This document shows, in pieces, positions 9,598 through 19,374 of a stretch of 64,000 nucleotides of DNA. The stretch's first letter is position 1. Each line of letters starts with the position of its first letter. The position numbers and the translations under genes were made by a program. Origin of the DNA: a virus. Lineage: Duplodnaviria > Caudoviricetes. The notes under the pieces were generated by a model. It made no database searches and was not told the DNA's origin. It worked only from the letters and a program-made list of their open reading frames with translations. Location: positions 32,001 through 96,000 of IMG/VR virus record IMGVR_UViG_3300033075_000428. The stretch is one strand, 5' to 3'.

Positions 9598-9986
9598 TCC
9601 TTTACCTGTGCCTGATTATAAAGTTTACAAATGGAACGCGCTAGCTTCACTGCTTGCGTCTTGTTGTTTACATCAGCATCGTTTACAATGCCAATGAACC
9701 AAACCTTTGCAACAGCCCAATCAGTTCTACGGTCAAACACTGCAGAACAATGGTCATCTGTCTTGACAAAATACCGTGCCATTACTCACTCCGTTTCGTA
9801 TACGTGTCTTCGTCTTCATTGTGAACTTTATAGCCCATTGCTAAGATGACGCAATCCAACTTCGACCTACCGTTGTACTCCTGCATATAGTCAAGTGCAT
9901 CATAGAGGACTTTCGTCTTCTCCTTACACTTGAGTGCGTTGTACTTGTCTACAAAATCTTGGCTTGTGTAGGTCTTCTGTGCCATG

Positions 9987-10499
9987 CTATAGCAACTCCG
10001 CTAATGATGGTGTTGGTTCATACCATGATGGAATGGGACGATTAGTCCACTTAGCTAGATGCTTCTTCTCCTGCTGGTAGTATGCTCTGTAAGAAATCAC
10101 AGGATTGTTTGACTTCAGATGGTCTGGGATAGCTAGGGCAAACGGAGTGAGACCGCTCTTCTCTGTTATTTGCGGTGGGTTACTTCTCATCCAGTTTAGT
10201 ATGTCCTCGCATGCATGTGTCTTCCCATATCTGTGAGTGTACTCAAGACAAAGTGCATCAGCTAATTCAAGAAGCCATCTCCAATTATACAATGTCTCCA
10301 CAGACCACTTAGAACAGGGGTGATTCTTGTGCGTCGACTTGTAAGGATTCGCTCGTGGGTATCCGTCAAATGAGTGATTTGTTTCGTAGTATGCGAGATG
10401 CAACATCTGAGTTGATTCTAGAATCATCTTGACAACGTGCTTATCGTTATGATAAGTAGCGCATACATATGGATTCATATCAAGGATGAAGATGTTCAT
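9987..10499 (-). CDS. pyrimidine dimer DNA glycosylase/endonuclease V-like protein
   Basis: MNIFILD...DKHVVKMILE..QML...HxNHPC..W...EYT.RYGKxH...YR.YY...K...W..R..P.W family pattern. Confidence 0.7.
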   Translation of the reverse strand: MNIFILDMNPYVCATYHNDKHVVKMILESTQMLHLAYYETNHSFDGYPRANPYKSTHKNHPCSKWSVETLYNWRWLLELADALCLEYTHRYGKTHACEDILNWMRSNPPQITEKSGLTPFALAIPDHLKSNNPVISYRAYYQQEKKHLAKWTNRPIPSWYEPTPSLAELL

Positions 10500-10613
10500 G
10501 TCGATTCTACTTCTTCGTGCTTCCTAGGATTCTACCTAGCTGTTGCTGAATCCACACCACACTCAGAAGTGTGGCAGTGGCAAGGTATGCTCCAAAGAGG
10601 AAGTCAAGAAATG

Positions 10614-11183
10614 TCATTTGGTCGGCCACGAGTCAGTGACAGGAATATGTTCAATACGCTCCCACTCAAGCCTAAACACTTGTTTGGCATACTCTCCACG
10701 GAATTCCTTCCGCAACTTTTGTGCGAAGAACTTAATCGACTCCACTGTTGGGTGTAGGAATGATATCATTGTATCATCTTCTCCAGATTTCCCAATGCTC
10801 TTCAGGTCATTTACCGTTAGCATCGTGAATAGCTCTTTGTAGTTCTTTCGGATGTAGGTCTCAAGAGCATATTCCATCTGTTCTTCGAACTTCTCCATCA
10901 CAATGTGTAGTGTTGTCAATGATGTCGAACCTAGCTCCTTGGGAGCTACAGTGCTTATGAAGCCATCACGCGTGGTCTCTTCAGACTTAGCGTACGCTTT
11001 GGGTTCTCCTTGAAGACCTTTGTTTTGCTGGTCAAGACGAAGATTTTGAATGACATGATATACGTCTGTAGCTTCACTTGGTGAGATGGGAATACTGAAT
11101 CCAGGTCTTGGGTTACTACCATCAAATGATAGGTAGAAGTTGGTTCCTGTCTTATTGACTTCTTCAATCACTACTGGTATCAT
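10614..11183 (-). CDS. hypothetical protein
   Basis: 189-aa packed ORF. Confidence 0.65.
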   Translation of the reverse strand: MIPVVIEEVNKTGTNFYLSFDGSNPRPGFSIPISPSEATDVYHVIQNLRLDQQNKGLQGEPKAYAKSEETTRDGFISTVAPKELGSTSLTTLHIVMEKFEEQMEYALETYIRKNYKELFTMLTVNDLKSIGKSGEDDTMISFLHPTVESIKFFAQKLRKEFRGEYAKQVFRLEWERIEHIPVTDSWPTK

Positions 11184-11194
11184 CGCTTCATCTC

Positions 11195-11560
11195 CTATTG
11201 TGTTGCTTCTTGGCTTGCCGATTCATATGAATGGAAGCAGTTGTTTGCGTTGTAAAGAATCAAATCTGTTTCAGTGTCTGTCCAAACACGTGTACGAATC
11301 TCAAGAGCATTGTCAGTTCCAACGTTGATATACCAGAAGATGTCGCCGTGTCTAGGTTTGTCATCTTCCCTCATCTCTGTCTCATGTTGCAAACGAAGCT
11401 CACGCTCATGTTCAAGAAGTTGTTTCTTCTCTTCTTGAATGTCGTTGAAGCAGTCATAGCAGAATCCCCAGTCAGGGTCACCACCTGAGGACTTAATGTT
11501 GGTACCACACTTTCCGCAAAGTGCGTCTCCCCAACCTGGCTCAAGCCACCAAAGTGCCAT
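11195..11560 (-). CDS. hypothetical protein with N-terminal CxxC..CxxC
   Basis: CGKC / CYDC. Confidence 0.6.
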   Translation of the reverse strand: MALWWLEPGWGDALCGKCGTNIKSSGGDPDWGFCYDCFNDIQEEKKQLLEHERELRLQHETEMREDDKPRHGDIFWYINVGTDNALEIRTRVWTDTETDLILYNANNCFHSYESASQEATQ

Positions 11561-11580
11561 TGTCTGTTACTCTGTTGTGT

Positions 11581-12387
11581 TCAAAACTGCAAACTTTGTA
11601 TGACATCCTTGTACATCAAGCGTCTTTCATATGGGTCAGCATCAATCCACGCTAATCCCATTTGTGCCAAGTCGATATGCTGAACAATTGTCGCACCTTC
11701 ATTCTCGTTTGGCTTTGCCAAGACTAGAATCGAGTCACTAATCGCTAGTGAACTTTCAATGTCGTGGCTCACCACAATCATGGTGTTGTACTCGTTCAGC
11801 GTCGAAACTCGTCTCAGTAGTGCAATCACACGCTCCTTGACGATTGCGTCTAGACCAGAGAACGGCTCATCAAGCAGGATAAATTTGTTGCCTGTGAGTA
11901 TCTGCTGAATGATGCTTACACGTTGACGTTGTCCACCTGACAGTTGCAATGGATACTTATCCAAGTGTTCTAAGATTGAGAACTCAGTTGCGTACTGTTC
12001 GATGGTGTGTGTAATCTGTTCTTTGGTCAGCGTGACACCAGAGTTCAGAAGCGATAGCAAAAGGTTCTTTCGAACCGTTCGGTGATTGAACAAAAGGTAG
12101 TTCTGAGCAACGACACCAACTTCTCCTGCCCTGACTGGTTGTAGCTCCCGACCGACCAACACATTTCCCGAGCTTGGGGCAGTCAAGCCTGAGAGCACTT
12201 TAAACAACTGTGTTTTACCTATTCCAGAGCGTCCGAGGAGAGTGGTCACTTGTCCTTGCGCAACGTCAGGACGGGTGATGTTGCTGATTTGGAAGTTGAT
12301 GTCCTTCAAGATGGGTTTGTCGTAGTTCAGACACACATTCTCAACTTTGAAAATAGGCTCTTCTACGTTGTAGGCAATTGTGCTCAT
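11581..12387 (-). CDS. ABC transporter ATP-binding subunit (TauB/SsuB-like)
   Basis: Walker A GRSGIGKT, signature LSGGQRQR, Walker B ILLDEPF, H-loop VSHD. Confidence 0.95.
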   Translation of the reverse strand: MSTIAYNVEEPIFKVENVCLNYDKPILKDINFQISNITRPDVAQGQVTTLLGRSGIGKTQLFKVLSGLTAPSSGNVLVGRELQPVRAGEVGVVAQNYLLFNHRTVRKNLLLSLLNSGVTLTKEQITHTIEQYATEFSILEHLDKYPLQLSGGQRQRVSIIQQILTGNKFILLDEPFSGLDAIVKERVIALLRRVSTLNEYNTMIVVSHDIESSLAISDSILVLAKPNENEGATIVQHIDLAQMGLAWIDADPYERRLMYKDVIQSLQF

Positions 12388-13157
12388 TTGACACCTATCT
12401 TGACGTAAGGGAACAAGAGTTCACGAAGCTTTCTCAGTGTGTAGTCAATCAACAGTCCCAACACAAAGACTACCACGAGCAATGAGAACACCGTCGAAAG
12501 GTCAAGGTACTTGTTGGACTTAATGATGAGTGAACCAAGTCCACCCTCGGACATCGACAATCCTTCAACCATTGTAATCATCATCCAAGCAATGGCGAAG
12601 TTCTGGCGTACCGTGTCAATTGCTGAGTCCAGTCTTCCAACAACAATCACTTCCCACATGGTCTTTAACGGATTCATCTTCAACGTTTTCGCCAATTCGT
12701 ACTCTTGAACGTTGATGGACGCAATTGTTGACATTAAGCTGGTGACAAAGAACGGGACAATACCAAAGATGAGCAACGAAGTCTTTAGCTGGCTACCGTC
12801 TTTCGTCAAGAGTGTGAACACAAAGACCAAGCCAGAAAGCGTCAGATAACGAAGCTTCGTTACCAGTTGAGTGACAGGTGTCAAAGCAGGGATGACTGAC
12901 ATGTAGACCAAGGCTAGTGAGATTATGATTGACAATCCCATTCCAACAGTTGTCAGATACAAGCTGGCGATGAAGTTTTCCCAGAAGACAGGAGTTGTGG
13001 CAAGGTTGGCAACTGACGTCAAAACGCGTATCGGTCCAGGGATAAGGCTATTGCCTAACAATTGCCAAAGCCCTAGACCGATGACGCATTCAACCACCAC
13101 CAGAACTGTCTTCTCTGCTCTTGAAAGGGTTTCAAGAGGAGTGAAGAATCTTTTCAT
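12384..13157 (-). CDS. ABC transporter permease (TauC/SsuC-like)
   Basis: About six TM helices, EAA-like loop YELAKTLKM, EGGLG motif; ATGA overlap with the ATPase. Confidence 0.9.
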   Translation of the reverse strand: MKRFFTPLETLSRAEKTVLVVVECVIGLGLWQLLGNSLIPGPIRVLTSVANLATTPVFWENFIASLYLTTVGMGLSIIISLALVYMSVIPALTPVTQLVTKLRYLTLSGLVFVFTLLTKDGSQLKTSLLIFGIVPFFVTSLMSTIASINVQEYELAKTLKMNPLKTMWEVIVVGRLDSAIDTVRQNFAIAWMMITMVEGLSMSEGGLGSLIIKSNKYLDLSTVFSLLVVVFVLGLLIDYTLRKLRELLFPYVKIGVK

Positions 13158-13160
13158 TGG

Positions 13161-14930
13161 TTACTCGCCCAACACGATTTGTACTCGTCTGTTCTTCGCA
13201 CGTCCTGCTTCTGACGTGTTGTCAGCAATTGGCTGAGACTCACCGAAACCACGTGCCTCAATGCGTGTAGCAGAGATTCCCTTCCGCACAATATACGCCT
13301 TGACTGATTGTGCACGACGTTCAGAAAGGTCTTGATTCCTACCGTCATCCCCAACGTCGTCGGTGTGTCCGTAGATTCCCAGTGTCAGACCTTCAGCAAC
13401 AACAGCCGCATTCAAGATTTGGTCAATGTCGTCGTATGACGATGGGTCAATCTCTGCGCTTCCTGTTCGGAAGTTGATGTTGTAAGCTTTCGAAGACACT
13501 TCAGTGCTAATGGAAGAAGCATAGTTGACCTGAATGGTCTTGCCTTCCAATAGCTCAGGATGGTTCGACAGTACAGACAACATGAATGACTTGTCAACAA
13601 CTTTCGAGTACTCAGGATAGGTCTTCATGTACTCAGGGTACATCTTGGAATTGATGTCTCCAAATGTCTTGTACACAATCTTGTACCTGTCAAGCTTGTC
13701 ACCTGAGAGTCCAAACATCAAAGCGGCATCTGACAAGTTGAATGCCATCGAACCACCAAGGTCAACGTTGTTGCCTTGAACGTCTTTGGTCTTCACTCCG
13801 TTGTAGTACTTCAGCCAGTAGTCACCAGACTTCTCAGCATAAACTTGAGCAGAAACGTCTGCAGCAAACTTCTTCGCTGAGGTGAATGAGCGTACTTGGT
13901 CACCTGCTTGTGCTAGTGCAATGATGATACCTTCAACAGTCGAGCGATGGTCGTAAGCCCACTTCTTGATTGTGATGGTAATGTTCGGCATCTGTGAAGC
14001 ATACTGTCGAGTGGATGCAATCGTCACGAGTCCACCCTTCTTCTCTGCGACACTTACGTCACCTGGAGTCCATGTGGAAACTGCGTCAACGCCTACCGTA
14101 GTGTCCTGACTTGTCTTCTTACCGTTGACAATTAGCTTTCGCTTCTCAGTGTATCCTGTGATGTACTTGTTCGGTGCGTCCAAGAAGTCACTAGCAGCTA
14201 CAAGGTTGATAGCTTTAGCGTCAAACGAAGTTTCGTCAGGATTGACCTTGATTCCGTTGTCACCTGCCCACTTGAGCAAGATGTTCATGTCACCGTCACG
14301 CAATACGCAAGCAACAGTCTTTCCAACAGCTGACTGAGGATTGCGCTTCCACTCGGGTGGTGCCATCAATTGGTCTTCACCGTAGGACTTGCCCATTGCA
14401 TAGAATGCGATTGGCTGGTATTCTTCTCCCAAAGGTTCTAGCTCTTTCACCAGTGCTGAGAAGAACGCTGGCATACCGTCACCCATGAAGGATGCGAAGA
14501 CAGCTGGTGTCGCTGGGTTGTCTTTGTAATTGTTCGCAAAAGCAACAAGGTCTGCAATGGTCTTGTTACAATCGTCTTGACGCTGAATGCTTAAGTTGAC
14601 CCCATTCTTTTGCATGAGGGAACCTGACTTCGTCAATGCTCCACCGTTTGCGAACATCAGGGGGAACTGTGAGTTCCACGCCATAATCTTCCAAATCACT
14701 TGTGGTGCTCCACCAGCGTCTTCAGAAGATGGCAGTGGCAACTGCATCACGTTACCTGACAACGATGCTTCTGGTGCGTCTGGGAGTGCAAGTGCACCAA
14801 TGGTGACTGCGTCCTTGGCGTCTTTTGGTAGTTTGTCATACCAGAAGACTTTCCCGAGACCTAGACATGCTAGGAACAATACTGCGATGATGATTTTACC
14901 TGAGGCTTTTAGCTTGATTTTAGTAGCCAT
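13161..14930 (-). CDS. membrane-anchored NMT1/THI5-like substrate-binding protein fused to a C-terminal OmpA (peptidoglycan-binding) domain
   Basis: N-terminal TM; OmpA motifs INFxTGS, GHTDxxG, NxxLSxRRAxSV, GFGExxP, NRRV. Confidence 0.85.
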   Translation of the reverse strand: MATKIKLKASGKIIIAVLFLACLGLGKVFWYDKLPKDAKDAVTIGALALPDAPEASLSGNVMQLPLPSSEDAGGAPQVIWKIMAWNSQFPLMFANGGALTKSGSLMQKNGVNLSIQRQDDCNKTIADLVAFANNYKDNPATPAVFASFMGDGMPAFFSALVKELEPLGEEYQPIAFYAMGKSYGEDQLMAPPEWKRNPQSAVGKTVACVLRDGDMNILLKWAGDNGIKVNPDETSFDAKAINLVAASDFLDAPNKYITGYTEKRKLIVNGKKTSQDTTVGVDAVSTWTPGDVSVAEKKGGLVTIASTRQYASQMPNITITIKKWAYDHRSTVEGIIIALAQAGDQVRSFTSAKKFAADVSAQVYAEKSGDYWLKYYNGVKTKDVQGNNVDLGGSMAFNLSDAALMFGLSGDKLDRYKIVYKTFGDINSKMYPEYMKTYPEYSKVVDKSFMLSVLSNHPELLEGKTIQVNYASSISTEVSSKAYNINFRTGSAEIDPSSYDDIDQILNAAVVAEGLTLGIYGHTDDVGDDGRNQDLSERRAQSVKAYIVRKGISATRIEARGFGESQPIADNTSEAGRAKNRRVQIVLGE

Positions 14931-14978
14931 GGCCTTTCCTTATTGAAAAATTGAACAGTGGTGGTTGTGGGTGTTTTC

Positions 14979-15953
14979 TTATGACAGAAGGTTGTCGTAC
15001 TTGGACGTGTCGACTTGGCCAAGTCCTGGGAACTGCTGAGCCGTTTGTCCAGTAATAGAGACCAAGTTCGACTCCTTGAGCATTTCAAGACCTTTCAACT
15101 CATACGTAGCGTTTTCAAGGTCGATGTTACGCATGAACTCAGACGTTACTTCCATTGCTTGACGCATATCTCCAAGCTTATTCGCAATGTCATCTTTCAA
15201 GAATTCCATTGACTGCTCAGCAAGGAGCTTCTTCTCAGGGTCACCAGTGAAGAACTTCAGTGCACTGTTCACAGCATTCCTACCAGCAGTGACTGAATTG
15301 TACATGTCCTTCTTGTTTTGCAACTCCGCTTGCGCGTCTTCAATGACATACTTTGAGTTGCTGTAGATGTTTTCCAAGTATGTTGTCAACCGCTCGAGTA
15401 CAGTACGAAGCGGAGTTAACTTGTCAATGTACTCTTGGTCACGAGCTATTTGACGAGAGATGACGTTAAACTCCTGTGACATGCCATTCTTTTGTGCCGC
15501 AACGAGCTTTTCTTTGTTCTTCTTGATATTGTCGAAACGCTCTTGTATGTTCGTCACAATCTTCTGAAGCTGACCTGCAAGAATCTTCAGTTGTTTGAAT
15601 ACTTCATCACGCTGGTGTAGCATGTCTTTGATGAAGTCTTCAGCAATGATGAATGGGTCAAGCTCAATGACCATACCGACGAGCTTCTTCATCAGAATCT
15701 CGTACATGTAGAACACTGACAATCGAAGCTTCCGATTCGACAGTGCCATATACAGCAAGACACAAGCAGTGCCAGCTATCATGACGTTGAGTGTTGTCCA
15801 AGCGATTACTGCCAGAATTGGCATAACGAACCATCCGACGAGGCCTAACAGCACAATCCCAATGACTGTGCCAATCTTCCCTCCTGGTCTGTTCCAGTAA
15901 CTCTTCAGCTTTGTTTCTGCTGAAGAAGTCATTGGTACAATTGAACCTTGCAT
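14979..15953 (-). CDS. two-TM, long coiled-coil protein (PspA/IM30-like)
   Basis: Two N-terminal TM helices, then DP followed by a long helical heptad region. Confidence 0.6.
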   Translation of the reverse strand: MQGSIVPMTSSAETKLKSYWNRPGGKIGTVIGIVLLGLVGWFVMPILAVIAWTTLNVMIAGTACVLLYMALSNRKLRLSVFYMYEILMKKLVGMVIELDPFIIAEDFIKDMLHQRDEVFKQLKILAGQLQKIVTNIQERFDNIKKNKEKLVAAQKNGMSQEFNVISRQIARDQEYIDKLTPLRTVLERLTTYLENIYSNSKYVIEDAQAELQNKKDMYNSVTAGRNAVNSALKFFTGDPEKKLLAEQSMEFLKDDIANKLGDMRQAMEVTSEFMRNIDLENATYELKGLEMLKESNLVSITGQTAQQFPGLGQVDTSKYDNLLS

Positions 15954-15998
15954 CTTTGTTCTTTCCGTAAAATAGTGGTGGTTGGTGGTTTCTTCTGG

Positions 15999-16685
15999 TT
16001 ACAAGTACTGAGTTATCAGGTTAACGTCAGATTCAATTCTGCTCAACGTCATGGAGCAGACTGAACGGTAGGCGTTTTCAAACTGAACAATGTTGTCCTC
16101 AGCAGTCTTGATTTCTTGGGCGAGTGTTACGTTTGCTGTGCGTAGCTGTTCGTTCTGTGCTGTGAGTTCAGCAATCAACTTCGTGTTGGTTTCAATCTGC
16201 TCGGTGTTGGTAGTGATTTGAGTCTTGCGATTCTGGATATCACCCGACATCTTCGTGTCAAGGACATTTTTGAAGTTGTTGCTGTCTGTCTTAATCATCT
16301 CAACATAGTGTTGAGCGCTTGACAATAGCAATTCCTTGGTCACACCTTGCACAGCGAGTGCAGAGAACACTGCTTTGACTCGGTCACTGTCCTTTGGAAT
16401 CACTGACAATGAGTCACTCATTTTCATGAACTCAAAGTAATCAGGTCCAGGGAGATTTGCGGTCTCCATCAATGAGTTAAAGTGCTGTGTGTACTTGTCT
16501 GCGTTCTCTTTCGACACGTTCACATAATTCTGCTGGGTGAACGTTGGTTGCTGTACCTGTTGCTTAGAAGCTAATCCATCCATAAATGGATTCGACGCAA
16601 CGGGTGTTGACTGTGGTGCTTGTGGAAGCGGTTGGTCTTTTTCAATGTCGACGAACGTTCCAATTACCTTGTCAAAGATGCTCAT
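15999..16685 (-). CDS. coiled-coil protein, first gene of the ABC/OmpA operon
   Basis: Start moved to MSIFDK; NLPGPDYFEF motif; C-terminal coiled coil. Confidence 0.7.
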   Translation of the reverse strand: MSIFDKVIGTFVDIEKDQPLPQAPQSTPVASNPFMDGLASKQQVQQPTFTQQNYVNVSKENADKYTQHFNSLMETANLPGPDYFEFMKMSDSLSVIPKDSDRVKAVFSALAVQGVTKELLLSSAQHYVEMIKTDSNNFKNVLDTKMSGDIQNRKTQITTNTEQIETNTKLIAELTAQNEQLRTANVTLAQEIKTAEDNIVQFENAYRSVCSMTLSRIESDVNLITQYL

Positions 16686-16990
16686 TGATTTCCTGTTAGA
16701 TTGTTTCCCATAAGTGCGAATCCCTGTCAAGTTCTCCTGGGTGAATTTGATGCCCAGTAAGCTCACGTTCAATTCTGGTTTGACGACAGTACCCACAAGT
16801 GCGAGTACGCTCAATGTACTCTTTTCGGTCAGGGATAACGTATCGAATGACGATTGTTTCTCCCTTGCAACGATTGTTCTTCACCCACAACTTTGCGCTT
16901 TCTGCTGTGTCAGTGAGTACTCGTAACACAAGACGACTTTTTGGTGCTGACGGCAAGTGATACATCACTTCAAAAGTAGACAGTGCCATT

Positions 16991-17296
16991 TCATTTCCCC
17001 AGTATCGCATCTTCAATGATTTGACGACGAGTGTTCGCGCGGAAGTGATTTGTATCCCAGTCAACGTTCTTTCCGTTAATCACCACTACGTATGGTCGAT
17101 ACGGAGCTTCCTTGTCATTTGTCTCACCACAGGGAGCGATGCTGCACACTGGCTTTGGAATAGTGTCGTTGACATAAGCAATTGTCTCTTCAATCGTCTT
17201 AGCAATCTCAAGGACAATCGGTGCATGGGTGCTTACCATAGCAAGCTTCCCTAATGTGTCTTTCAACTTCCTCAACTGTTTTTGCTTCCGTGTCAC
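16991..17296 (-). CDS. hypothetical protein
   Basis: Packed ORF. Confidence 0.55.
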   Translation of the reverse strand: MTRKQKQLRKLKDTLGKLAMVSTHAPIVLEIAKTIEETIAYVNDTIPKPVCSIAPCGETNDKEAPYRPYVVVINGKNVDWDTNHFRANTRRQIIEDAILGK

Positions 17297-17574
17297 AAGT
17301 CACCTTCAAAGAATTGGGTCTCAGCCCATGTGTTCACAGAGCACACCGCTCTACACACAGGAACGACGAACCCATTGGGATACTTGCTAGTCCAATGACA
17401 GCAATTCGTTACAGTAGAAGTAGGATTTGGTTTTAGGACAAAACCAAAGTGACCTTGCATTGGTCATGTTGATACGGTCACCGTAGATGTTTTCCTTCCA
17501 CACCAAACCAAGACGTTTGACATGGCTGACACTAGTGACGTTGATGAACCCGTAATAAATACGCTGGAGGAAGT

Positions 17575-17994
17575 TCATTTAGATTTGAGGCTATCAGACA
17601 CCTTGACGGTGATGCCTGTTTCTGGTGCGACACGTTGGAAGAATCCGTTTGATACTTCATCATGTGCACGTACCACAATGTGTGACGATGGTACTTTCAA
17701 CGTTGTAATCATCTTGTTGAGGAGTCTTCTCGCCAAACCCTTACGACGATAGTCAGCCCTTGTGTAGAAGTCAGCGAGAAACTTGTTGTCGCTAATTGGA
17801 ACAGTAATACTCCAAGAGAGCACCACGTTATTCGCTTCAATCCACCATACACGAGAGTGATAGTCCTCGTGCAGAAGCGTGTCAAGCATATTACCACGTG
17901 TCCTGAAATTCAACCGCTCCATCTGTTCGAATACATACGGTGGAATGTTACGACCAACTCGTGTGTAGAGCTTACTGTCCTTTGGTACTTTCAT
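17575..17994 (-). CDS. GNAT family acetyltransferase
   Basis: Acetyl-CoA motif YTRADYRRKGLARRLL; terminal GFF. Confidence 0.8.
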   Translation of the reverse strand: MKVPKDSKLYTRVGRNIPPYVFEQMERLNFRTRGNMLDTLLHEDYHSRVWWIEANNVVLSWSITVPISDNKFLADFYTRADYRRKGLARRLLNKMITTLKVPSSHIVVRAHDEVSNGFFQRVAPETGITVKVSDSLKSK

Positions 17995-18305
17995 GCTCTT
18001 AGACTCTCACGAAGTGGTGTGCTGAATAGCCTCTGAGTTGATTTAGCGAGTTGAATAGCTTCTTCACGGGTTAGAACAAAGACTTCAGTCTTTGAGTTCT
18101 TCTCACCAGAGAAGAATCCGTCAACATAGCTTCCGTCCCACAATCGAGTGAATCTCCTGTCACTGTCAAAGAGAAATGAACAAGGATTCTCACGACGGTC
18201 ATGATGTGTCAATACGTCAGTGAAGTACGTTTCAGGAGCTAGTTTAGCGATTGTAGTCCTCTTGTTCGCGGAAGCAATCTTCTCATACGTCAGATGGTTG
18301 CGCAT
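17991..18305 (-). CDS. hypothetical protein
   Basis: Packed ORF. Confidence 0.55.
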   Translation of the reverse strand: MRNHLTYEKIASANKRTTIAKLAPETYFTDVLTHHDRRENPCSFLFDSDRRFTRLWDGSYVDGFFSGEKNSKTEVFVLTREEAIQLAKSTQRLFSTPLRESLRA

Positions 18306-19221
18306 CGTCTTGCTCCGTTGGTTTCTGGAATGCTTCCTCAGGAATCTCGAGCTTCTTCTCTTTCAGGATTCTCAGGTAATCAATGTCACCTTCTCCTGGC
18401 TTCTCAATGCGATAGGAACACTCAGCTAGTGCCATGTCAGTTATCCACCAGTCACCTTTTGTGTCTTGAAGAAAGTCAATTGACCACTTTCCTCGGAAGT
18501 GTCCAGCAACGTAAAGTGCTTGAAGATAAATCTCGTCAGCGTCAGACTGGGTGATTGTCTGTAGCTCAATGAGCTTATCTCTAAGGTCTGGGGGCAATTG
18601 AACGAACACATTATTGCGATAGTTCTCTCGCTTGAATGCTTCGGTTGGCCAATACGGGTGTCCTGACTCGACGTGACCCTCTTCAACGAATACACGAACT
18701 TCTTTCGTGATTGGCATACTGTTGAACGCATGAAACATTGGAGCAGTTGGAATGAGCTTCCGAACAGCAAAGACCGAGTGTGGTAATCCGTTTGGCATTG
18801 CTACAATAGAGCTGAACTCAAGCATCTTATACAGTCTGCTATACATCTGTTCTTTGGTCTGCTTCTCAGCAATGTAACACGTGTCAACCCAGTCATGCTT
18901 GCAAGACAATGACTCAGTGCGCAAGAAGCAAGGATAACCGATGGAGTCCATTGCTCTGGTTAGGTCATCTACAAATCGCTCTGTGTGCTCATCTTGAATA
19001 CCCTCGAGGAGCACAATTGCTAGTTCTGGCATTTGCACAAAGTGTGTCTCTGGCACTCTCATTCCAATTTGGTCAAGAATAGGGAACCAGAAGGTCATTG
19101 AGTTCATGCGGTCATTGTATCGTCCACGACTTACAATGCGAGGCATCACTGCGTCCAAGTCAGAAGACTCAACCTTGTGCATGAATGATGTTAGCTGATG
19201 GGTTTCGAGGAGTTCTTGCAT
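18283..19221 (-). CDS. ATP-grasp protein, R2K/Cdc123-like clade
   Basis: PCFLRTxxxSCKH, EVRVFV, SIDF...WWITD. Confidence 0.65.
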   Translation of the reverse strand: MQELLETHQLTSFMHKVESSDLDAVMPRIVSRGRYNDRMNSMTFWFPILDQIGMRVPETHFVQMPELAIVLLEGIQDEHTERFVDDLTRAMDSIGYPCFLRTESLSCKHDWVDTCYIAEKQTKEQMYSRLYKMLEFSSIVAMPNGLPHSVFAVRKLIPTAPMFHAFNSMPITKEVRVFVEEGHVESGHPYWPTEAFKRENYRNNVFVQLPPDLRDKLIELQTITQSDADEIYLQALYVAGHFRGKWSIDFLQDTKGDWWITDMALAECSYRIEKPGEGDIDYLRILKEKKLEIPEEAFQKPTEQDDAQPSDV

Positions 19222-19374
19222 TGTGTTAATCTTGCGAGTTGGTTGGTGATTTTTCTTTCAGTGACTTCAGTTGCTCTTCAAGAACTATCTCAGTAGATTG
19301 ACACCCAGAAAGGTATCCGATAATGTAGATGACTGGGGTATACACAAAAGCTATCACCAACATAAGCCATGGAT

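Noticed and set aside
11581-16685. Bacterial contamination or prophage boundary at the ABC operon
   Set aside because: The operon is seamlessly flanked by phage-type small ORFs on the same strand with similar spacing; no integrase, att site or housekeeping genes are present.
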